A stretch of 19,662 bases of DNA from Deinococcales bacterium (lineage in GTDB: Bacteria; Deinococcota; Deinococci; Deinococcales; JAAFIG01): positions 1 to 19,662 of the forward strand of contig JAYWGM010000065.1 of assembly GCA_043778225.1 (NCBI GenBank). Direction: 5' to 3'. The notes beneath the pieces were generated by a model, which did not search any database, was not told the DNA's origin, and saw only the letters and a program-made list of their open reading frames with translations. Below, piece by piece: positions 1 through 6,710 of this stretch (position 1 is the first letter of the stretch; every line of letters starts with the position of its first letter). A program made the position numbers and the translations under genes.

Positions 1-152
1 CTCGTATGATTCATCTCAATGAGAATATATTTGCTTGACTGACGCATTCGTAAAATTCATGAAAGATTTTTAAGTGAAACGTACACCTTAACTTGGTATA
101 AGCCGTTTTGCTTGTCGCTTGCCCTGACAAGCCCGTGTTAGCGTACAACCGT

Positions 153-437
153 ATGCTTGTGCCTCCAAAAGTGCTGAATGCCGAAATGCTTAAACTGGCT
201 GTGCCGTTGCTGTTTTCTAACCTTGCAACGGTATTGATTGGTGTGACCGATACCTATTTTGCCGGTCAATTGGGAACAGTGGCGCTCGGTGCGGCTGGCT
301 TAGGGGTGATGTGGTACGGCGGCGGTTTACTCGAGATTTGGCTTGCGCCATTTGTCTATTTGGCACTGCTGGCAGGGGTCTACTGGTGGCGCTGGCAAGC
401 GGGTCATTGGCGCACCGCCAGCCTTGGTGCGGTTTAA
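153..437 (+). pseudogene. Internally deleted MATE efflux transporter remnant (N-terminal helices joined in frame to the C-terminal tail)
   Basis: EMLKLAVPLLFSNLATVLIGVTDTYFAGQLGTVALGAAGLG matches the MATE N-terminus (lavP...l...vDt.f.g.lg..alaa.g). It runs straight into GGGLLEIWLA...WWRWQAGHW, which resembles the MATE C-terminal G.G..GiW...r.g.W tail. Only ~94 aa versus ~450 aa for a full MATE. Confidence 0.75.
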
Positions 438-1573
438 GGCAGCAGTCGTTTAACCGTCTCGAGTCCAAGCTGAACGGTGTCCTCGAGCAATTGCGGATTG
501 ACTTTGCTGTCGGCTGGCAGATGATAGTTAGGCTCATAACCACGCCAGAAAAATACGGCTGGTACATTTTCGGCTAAAAAACTGGCATGGTCTGAACCTG
601 CAAAATCGTTAAACTGCCCAATGTCTGGTCTGATGCCACGAACCAAGTCCGTTAGCTTACTCGAGCCACCGACCGACATTTTGTTGTTGACCGCCACCAT
701 ATCAAAATTAAGCATCGCTTCTAAGCCATCCAGCGTTTTGGTCGGCAGTGCCTGAACAAACGCATTTGAACCGATTAAACCATCTTCTTCGGCATCAAAA
801 GAAACAAACCAAATTTGTTTTAAGCGCTCTGGCGCTAACCGCCTTGCGATCTCGAGAATCGCGGCTGTGCCACTGGCGTTGTCGTTTGCGCCCGGACTGC
901 CTGGAACACTGTCAAAATGCCCACCAAGAATGAGCTTGGGCGGCTCGCTCGAGAACTTTGCAACGACATTGCGCCCAGTCACGGCAACCCGTCGCACCTC
1001 AGAAATGAGCCGCACCCGAACTTGGTTTGCCTCGAGCAGAACTGCGCCATCTATCCCCGAGACCGCCAGCACGGGAATCTGGAAATCGCCCAGAAAATTG
1101 GCGCTTAAACGCCCAGCCACACTGTTGACCAGCACCACACCGACTGCTCCAGCCTCAAGCGCGGCACGGGCTTTCTCGAGAAAAGTAATGCCACCGCGTT
1201 TGACCACGGCGATACGACTTTTAAGGTCTAAGCCTTGGTAATCGGCTCGAGAACCAAAATTGGGAATACGGATAGCTAGGGCTTCGATGTCGGAGATATT
1301 CGAGGAATACAACGTATCAGCTTCTAAGCGCTTGCCAGCCACGGTCACACTCGAGCCAAGGTCGCGCAGGCGTTCAAAAGAAAAGGTTTCGATACTGGCG
1401 TTTGCACCAATTTTTTTGTATTCGCCGACCAAATAGTTGGCGGCTCGCTCGAGGTTCTGACTGCCCGAAACCCGAGGTCCAAAACCAACCAGATTTTCGA
1501 CATCTCGGTTTGCGTCCTGAAAATTGATTGCCAATGCTGCACCACAAAATAAACCAAGCCACCAGAGTTTCAT
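434..1573 (-). CDS. Secreted M28-family aminopeptidase with PA domain
   Basis: Signal peptide MKLWWLGLFCGAALA. PA domain (RIAVVKRGGITFLEKARAALEAGAVGVVLVN). M28 metal motifs GGHFDS, GANDNASG, DAEEDGLIGS, NFDMV, SDH, YH. Start taken at ATG 1573, which has a TATTCT box 6 nt upstream. Confidence 0.92.
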   Translation of the reverse strand: MKLWWLGLFCGAALAINFQDANRDVENLVGFGPRVSGSQNLERAANYLVGEYKKIGANASIETFSFERLRDLGSSVTVAGKRLEADTLYSSNISDIEALAIRIPNFGSRADYQGLDLKSRIAVVKRGGITFLEKARAALEAGAVGVVLVNSVAGRLSANFLGDFQIPVLAVSGIDGAVLLEANQVRVRLISEVRRVAVTGRNVVAKFSSEPPKLILGGHFDSVPGSPGANDNASGTAAILEIARRLAPERLKQIWFVSFDAEEDGLIGSNAFVQALPTKTLDGLEAMLNFDMVAVNNKMSVGGSSKLTDLVRGIRPDIGQFNDFAGSDHASFLAENVPAVFFWRGYEPNYHLPADSKVNPQLLEDTVQLGLETVKRLLP

Positions 1574-1579
1574 GGTCTT

Positions 1580-1626
1580 AGAATACTCGAGCATCATGAC
1601 AAGCGCCTACTGACTTTGGTTAGAAT
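1580..1626. promoter_or_regulatory. Back-to-back -10 boxes for divergent leaderless genes
   Basis: TAGAAT (1621-1626) lies 5 nt before the manA ATG. TATTCT on the minus strand (1585-1580) lies 6 nt before the peptidase ATG. Neither gene has a Shine-Dalgarno, matching the leaderless arrangement common in Deinococcota. Confidence 0.6.
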
Positions 1627-1631
1627 ACCTC

Positions 1632-2537
1632 ATGCAGCCTTTTCAAGTTTCGATTCAATACCACCCTCGAGTCTGGGGTGGGCAGCGCCTCAAAGCCACA
1701 CCAAGCAGCACCACGCCCATCGGTGAAGCGTGGCTGATTCATGAGCATAACTTGGTGCAAAATGGCGAATTTAACGGTCAAACCCTCGAGCAACTGACCT
1801 TAAAATTTGGCTCAGATTTGTTGGGGCGCAATTGCACTGGCATAAGATTCCCACTGCTGATAAAAATCCTAGACTGTGCCGACTGGCTCTCGATTCAAGT
1901 CCATCCCGACGACACCCAAGCGGTGCAACTCGAGGGGGCTGGACAACTGGGTAAAACCGAGGCATGGCATTTACTCGAGGTTGAAGCAGGTGCAGAACTG
2001 ATTTGTGGGGTCAAGGCTGGTGTTTCTAAAGCCGAACTCGAGGCGGCAATTCGTGAGGGTCAGGTACAAAATGTTGCTCAATACCAAAAGGTTTTGACTG
2101 GCGAAACGATCTTGATGCTGGCTGGAACAATGCACGCCCTTGGTTCGGGGATGCTGCTCTACGAAGTGCAACAAACCTCGGATACGACCTACCGCGTTTA
2201 TGATTGGGGTCGTCCCGCCAGTGCTGGACGGGCGCTGCACCTCGAAAAATCGGTGGCTGTCACGACTGTTACAGCTGCCACGGTTTCGCCGCCGCTTGAG
2301 GCTGGTGTTTTGACCCAATGCCCATATTTTAAGCTCGAGAAATTCAAAAATCTATTGCAAGACACACCCAATGGCTCGAGTTTCCATGCCATTACGGTCA
2401 CATCGGGTCTGGCGTGGCTTGAGTGTGCAGGGGAGAAGTGGCAATTGAACCGCTTTGACTCGGTGATTGTGCCAGCCAGCAGCCCAGCCTACAGCCTGAC
2501 GGGGACGTTTGAAGCGCTGCGCTCGAGTGTGCCATGA
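1632..2537 (+). CDS. manA: Class I mannose-6-phosphate isomerase (cupin)
   Basis: Motifs RVWGG, IGEAW, FPLLIKILD, LSIQVHPDD, GKTEAW, GTMHA and EVQQTSDTTYRVYDWGR. Confidence 0.93.
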   Translation: MQPFQVSIQYHPRVWGGQRLKATPSSTTPIGEAWLIHEHNLVQNGEFNGQTLEQLTLKFGSDLLGRNCTGIRFPLLIKILDCADWLSIQVHPDDTQAVQLEGAGQLGKTEAWHLLEVEAGAELICGVKAGVSKAELEAAIREGQVQNVAQYQKVLTGETILMLAGTMHALGSGMLLYEVQQTSDTTYRVYDWGRPASAGRALHLEKSVAVTTVTAATVSPPLEAGVLTQCPYFKLEKFKNLLQDTPNGSSFHAITVTSGLAWLECAGEKWQLNRFDSVIVPASSPAYSLTGTFEALRSSVP

Positions 2538-3010
2538 CCATTCAAAGTCTCGAGCCAGTATTTTTAGAAGCCACCGCCAAGCTCTTAAAAGAAGCCATCC
2601 TCGAAAGTCCGCATTATTCGCCTTTGGCAAAAACCGAAGAAATCGCGGCTTTGACGGGCGAAAAATTAGTGATGCAAAATGTTTTTATTGCTGTAGAAGA
2701 TAAAACCTTGCTTGGTGTGCTGGTCTCGAGTACCGCCGAGGCTGGTTTGCTGTGGCTGTCTTGGGTGGTGGTCTCGCCACAAGCTCGGGGGCGTGGCATT
2801 GCCAAGGACTTGATAACGGCTTTTCATGCCAGTGCAGCCGCCCAAGGGGTGCATAAAACATGGTGTGACTCGAGGCTTGCTAATACTGCCAGTGCGCGGA
2901 TGCTCGAGAAATCTGGCTATCGGGTTGTGGCAACTTTGTATAAGCATTGGTACGGTTTGGATTATTTGATTTGGGAACGTTTGATTCTTGACACGCTTAC
3001 GTTAGACTAA
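2534..3010 (+). CDS. GNAT family N-acetyltransferase
   Basis: Acetyl-CoA motif A (VVSPQARGRGIA) and N..S..M.EK.GY motif B. ATGA overlap with manA. Confidence 0.88.
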   Translation: MTIQSLEPVFLEATAKLLKEAILESPHYSPLAKTEEIAALTGEKLVMQNVFIAVEDKTLLGVLVSSTAEAGLLWLSWVVVSPQARGRGIAKDLITAFHASAAAQGVHKTWCDSRLANTASARMLEKSGYRVVATLYKHWYGLDYLIWERLILDTLTLD

Positions 3011-3015
3011 ACGCC

Positions 3016-4287
3016 ATGACTGCCCGACGACAAATGCGACTTGCTCCCGATGCTTTATTGGCTCGAATCGGTTTATATGCGGTTTTAATGATTGGCAGTT
3101 TTTTGATGGCGTTTCCGTTTTTATGGATGATTGTCACCAGTTTTCAGAGTCCACAAGAAAGCCTTCAAGCCACACCAGTCTGGTTTCCACAGCGCTTGCA
3201 CCTTGGTAATTGGTCTGCCGCTCAAGAACTTGGGGCGCAAGGCGGCGATGCCACTTGGGGCGGGTTAGCACCCCAAAAAGTCTTAACCCTCGAGATTCGT
3301 ACTGTCGGTAGCGCCAATGGCGACTTGGTGTCCGAAGTCCCATCGGATTCACGCAGCAACAGCAATTCGTTTTTGTTTGGTGCAGCCACCACGACATCCA
3401 CCGACCCGCGTCAAGTCACAACCGAAAAACTCGAGGGTGGGCTTTGGCGGGTCAGCATTAAAAATACGGGCGAGCAACTCGAGCTAAAAGTGCCGCTTAA
3501 AATTACGCTGCCCGATGGTTTGACGCTGGTCTCGAGTACCCTCCCACCAGACCGCAACTCGAGAAGCGACACTGGGGCATTTTATGAATGGAGCAATGTT
3601 GCGCCTGGGTTACTTGGCTATGTCCTCGAGAACTACCGCGATGCCCTGCGAGTTGCGCCTTTTGGGCGGTATTTTTTGAATAGCTTAATCAACTCGGTTG
3701 CTCAAGTGCTGCTTGGGATGATTGTGGTGACACTGGCGGCTTTTGCATTTGCCAAAATTCCCTTTTGGGGCAGCCATGTGGTATTTGCAGCAATTCTCTC
3801 GAGTTTAGTGATTCCCGGCGAAATGTTGCTTGTGCCTAATTTTGTGACGGTTTTTAAGCTCGGTTGGCTCGACTCTTATGCTGGAATTGTTGTGCCATGG
3901 ATTGCCAGTGTCTTTGGGATTTTTTTGCTGCGTCAGTTTTTTTTAAGTCTGCCAAACGAACTTTTTGAAGCCGCCCGCATTGATGGCGCGGGGTACGGCA
4001 CACAACTGACCCGAATTGCGCTGCCATTGGCAGTACCCGGCTTAGTCACCTTTGGGATTTTTAGCTTTTTGGGTTCTTGGAATGCGCTGCTCTGGCCGAT
4101 TATTGTGACCAGCAAAACCGAAATGCGAACCCTACAAGTCGGTTTACAAAGTTTTATTGGCGAGGCTGGCAGTAATTACGGGCAACTGATGGCAGCCAGT
4201 TTACTGGTCATTACGCCAATTATTTTTGGCTTTTTGCTGGCACAAAAGCAATTTATTGCGGGTGTGGCGCGAAGTGGCTTAAAGTAA
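3016..4287 (+). CDS. Carbohydrate ABC transporter permease (MalG/UgpE type) with a ~140-aa soluble insertion
   Basis: PFLWMIVTSF, ENY...FGRYFLNS, EAA loop ELFEAARIDGAG, SWNALLWP, QKQFIAG. TAGACT -10-like box 7 nt upstream of the ATG. Confidence 0.92.
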   Translation: MTARRQMRLAPDALLARIGLYAVLMIGSFLMAFPFLWMIVTSFQSPQESLQATPVWFPQRLHLGNWSAAQELGAQGGDATWGGLAPQKVLTLEIRTVGSANGDLVSEVPSDSRSNSNSFLFGAATTTSTDPRQVTTEKLEGGLWRVSIKNTGEQLELKVPLKITLPDGLTLVSSTLPPDRNSRSDTGAFYEWSNVAPGLLGYVLENYRDALRVAPFGRYFLNSLINSVAQVLLGMIVVTLAAFAFAKIPFWGSHVVFAAILSSLVIPGEMLLVPNFVTVFKLGWLDSYAGIVVPWIASVFGIFLLRQFFLSLPNELFEAARIDGAGYGTQLTRIALPLAVPGLVTFGIFSFLGSWNALLWPIIVTSKTEMRTLQVGLQSFIGEAGSNYGQLMAASLLVITPIIFGFLLAQKQFIAGVARSGLK

Positions 4288-4317
4288 TATGGACAGTGTG
4301 TTGCACTGTCCATATTA
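4285..4317. terminator. Probable bidirectional terminator hairpin between convergent units
   Basis: Perfect 14-bp inverted repeat TAATATGGACAGTG-tgttg-CACTGTCCATATTA between the permease stop and the stop of the valS 3' copy. Confidence 0.75.
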
Positions 4318-4325
4318 AAGTTGGG

Positions 4326-4486
4326 CTAAGCAAACTGCGCCAGCACTTTTTGCAAGCGCTCTAATTGCATTCCAAAATCCTCAATTCGCCTTTGTTCCTC
4401 GAGCAGAACGTCTTGTGGCGCATTCTTAAAGAAATTCTCGTTACTTAACTTGCCTTTGGCTTGCTGCACTTGCTTCTCGAGTTCAA
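4326..4486 (-). pseudogene. Stranded duplicate of the last 52 codons plus stop of valS
   Basis: Encodes ELEKQVQQAKGKLSNENFFKNAPQDVLLEEQRRIEDFGMQLERLQKVLAQFA*, versus ValS ...AVSKLSNENFVKNAPED.... Manual alignment to 6711-6871 gives about 27 mismatches in 161 nt, mostly synonymous, and 4 amino-acid changes. Confidence 0.95.
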
Positions 4487-5046
4487 AAGTCCACATTTGA
4501 CAGCAATTGACCACGCAACCAAACAACAGATTTCACCAAACCCTGTTCCTCGAGTTGCAACAATATGGCATTCATAGAAATAGGAGGGCGTTGTAAATTG
4601 GCTAACTGCATCTGAATGGTGTTCAAAACAAGATTGGGTGTGCGTTCAACAATACGCATCACAAATTCATCAGGACTAAGCGCAAGAATTCCAAAAGGCT
4701 CAAGTATGGCTTGGGGAAAATCCCGCAAATTATGCGTAACAATAAAACCAGCCCGAGCATAAACAGCAGCCTCGAGAACATGGCAATCATTAACGTCTGG
4801 AAGCATAATCTCGAGCCGAGGTACATTCTCAAGTAAAGCATCAGGCAATGCCTTATCCATCAGGTTTTGGGTACGTTCTAGATTTGCCGCTAAGATTTCA
4901 GGGCGTTTTTGTAACAAATTGCGTTTCCATTCAGATTGAATTTCGGATGTCCAATGTGCTTGGTAGGCTTTTTGTAATGCCAGCCAAATGAAAAAATCTC
5001 GCAACCGCGCCGAATACAAGATATTGGCATCAAGTATTGCAATCAC
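4483..5046 (-). CDS. PIN-domain protein (VapC50/PIN_3-like toxin)
   Basis: N-terminal ILDANILY, W...I..EW, LPDVNDCHVLEAA and IVTHNLRDFP motifs. Start overlaps the stop of the upstream HTH gene. Confidence 0.9.
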   Translation of the reverse strand: MIAILDANILYSARLRDFFIWLALQKAYQAHWTSEIQSEWKRNLLQKRPEILAANLERTQNLMDKALPDALLENVPRLEIMLPDVNDCHVLEAAVYARAGFIVTHNLRDFPQAILEPFGILALSPDEFVMRIVERTPNLVLNTIQMQLANLQRPPISMNAILLQLEEQGLVKSVVWLRGQLLSNVDF

Positions 5047-5462
5047 TGATTGTACAATCCAAGTTCTTGCGAAAGGTCTGATAGCTCCTGCATAGCGATA
5101 AGGCTACGCTGACGTTGTTCAGCTTGATATGTAAGAACATCCATTAGTTTTATCCGATGATGTGAACCAACCATGCGAAACGCAATCTCGCCACGTTCGA
5201 GTAACTTCGTCACAAACGGACGCGAGACATTCAGTACATCCGCCGCCTCAAAGGTGCTGAGTTCCGTATCGAGCGGCAGAACCACCACTGGGCGTGCATG
5301 ACCCATTTGCTCGAGGACTTCTTGAAAAACCGTCAGGGTTTCTTGAGGCAATAACGTAATTTCACCATTGCTCGAGTGAAAAGCGAGTTGCCCAGATAGG
5401 AGTTGCTGCCCGACTTCTCGAGCAGTTTGGGCGGCTTGGGCAGAAAGCACAATCGGTTGCAT
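5043..5462 (-). CDS. Excisionase-like HTH DNA-binding protein (putative antitoxin of the PIN gene)
   Basis: ELSTFEAADVLNVSRPFVTKLLERGEIAFRMVGSHHRI is the HTH_17 pattern usually paired with this PIN family. Start at ATG 5462. Confidence 0.88.
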   Translation of the reverse strand: MQPIVLSAQAAQTAREVGQQLLSGQLAFHSSNGEITLLPQETLTVFQEVLEQMGHARPVVVLPLDTELSTFEAADVLNVSRPFVTKLLERGEIAFRMVGSHHRIKLMDVLTYQAEQRQRSLIAMQELSDLSQELGLYNQ

Positions 5463-5495
5463 GACTCGAGTATAGCACAAGTGAAATAAGTGAAA
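5463..5495 (-). promoter_or_regulatory. Leaderless extended -10 promoter with tandem repeat (possible operator)
   Basis: TGcTATACT sits 6 nt before the ATG. AAGTGAAA occurs twice on the plus strand (5479-5486, 5488-5495) over the -35 region. Confidence 0.5.
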
Positions 5496-5608
5496 CGTTA
5501 TTCATGATAAAAATGATAGATTTTTCGCACGAAAACGACAATTCTACCAAACCCGCGAAAGAGTAAAAATGTGCGAAAAATAAAAATCAACCAGAAAATC
5601 AAAAGCAA

Positions 5609-6637
5609 TTAAGGATTCTCGAAAATTGAGAAATCGAATGTTGAAAATAATCTATTAAACGATGTTCCTTCATGACTTAAAAAAGGCACAAGATAATGGT
5701 ATATCCAATCGTTTTCATCACCCGTAATTGTAATTTCAATGATTCGAGCTTCTTCATTTATATCCCTTCTGATATAGCCATCATAATCCAGAATGCTAAT
5801 TTCCGTTTTTAGATCAGGGTACTTACAAACACGTTCAAACTTTTCCCAAACAGTTATTTTTTTAGAATTGCTGTTTTCACGATTGTCAATAATTTCTCCA
5901 AGCACTTGTCGAGTAATTCTTGGCAATACGCTTAATCCCTGAAAATAATTTCTTAAATCAGAAATAACCCTCTCAAAACCATCTATGTCCCAGTTGCTAT
6001 CAATACAAAACTTTTTGAGCTTACTGCATTCTCCCAATTGCTTTGATGGTCTTAATTCCATAAATTCCCCTAAATCTGTTGGGAATTCGCCATTTGAATT
6101 AGGCAATTCAAGTTCTATTCTCACTCGAGTAAGTTCACGCATGACAAACTGATAAATGCGCTCAAGCACATCTGGCTTAATTCCGATAAGTTTTTGGGAA
6201 AGCGTAATAATATCCCAAATATTTTCCTTTTCATTAAAATTAAGCACTTGACACAGCGTAGGATCTAACGTGTACGAGCCTTGTTTCTTACCGACAACTA
6301 ATACATATAAGGCTTCAATCTTGAATTGTTCAGAATTGGTCTTTCTTTCCTCAACTTTACGCAAAGTGTCATTTACTTTTTGCGTAGTACAAACAGTTGT
6401 GATTTGGATACCTATTTTGGAATTGGCATCGTACAAATCTATTCCTGCACTATTATTTCGCTCTCTGTTCGTATTTTCCAGATTTGAATTATCCAATTCG
6501 TTTAGGATAGTCATAAAAAAATCTTCAAGGACACGATGTAAATCAGTTAAGCCAATTTTTGCACGAAGTTCGGCACGTTCTGCAATGGTGGCAAAAGCAT
6601 CAATAATTTCACCGAGGTAACGTCCACTGAGTATCAT
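5609..6637 (-). CDS. SMEK-domain protein (putative defence nuclease effector)
   Basis: N-terminus ...LRAKIGLTDLHRVLEDFFMTILNEL...LENTN...NSAGIDLYD..SKIGIQITT follows the SMEK pattern (D.....E.F...LN....L.N.N.....gIDL.D......QiT). AT-rich. Confidence 0.8.
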   Translation of the reverse strand: MILSGRYLGEIIDAFATIAERAELRAKIGLTDLHRVLEDFFMTILNELDNSNLENTNRERNNSAGIDLYDANSKIGIQITTVCTTQKVNDTLRKVEERKTNSEQFKIEALYVLVVGKKQGSYTLDPTLCQVLNFNEKENIWDIITLSQKLIGIKPDVLERIYQFVMRELTRVRIELELPNSNGEFPTDLGEFMELRPSKQLGECSKLKKFCIDSNWDIDGFERVISDLRNYFQGLSVLPRITRQVLGEIIDNRENSNSKKITVWEKFERVCKYPDLKTEISILDYDGYIRRDINEEARIIEITITGDENDWIYHYLVPFLSHEGTSFNRLFSTFDFSIFENP

Positions 6638-6667
6638 TTTTCACCTGCTTTAAGTCTAAAACTAAAG

Positions 6668-6704
6668 TTTAGCTCACATATTTTTTATGAATACGTGAGC
6701 TAAA
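6668..6704. terminator. Stem-loop downstream of valS
   Basis: TTTAGCTCACATATT-ttttatg-AATACGTGAGCTAAA, 14 of 15 bp paired, 6 nt after the valS stop. Confidence 0.55.
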
Positions 6705-6710
6705 AGTTCT

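Noticed and set aside
8..35. Fur-like palindrome TCTCA-A-TGAGA near the window start
   Set aside because: It is short, imperfect against the consensus, and its regulated gene cannot be established at the window edge.
4326..4526. 66-aa ORF as a real gene
   Set aside because: Its first 14 codons are an alternative frame of the PIN gene. The rest is the stranded valS tail.
71..5498. Identical 12-mer TAAGTGAAACGT at 71-82 and 5487-5498
   Set aside because: Several chance 12-mer matches are expected in a 20-kb window, and there is no other shared context.
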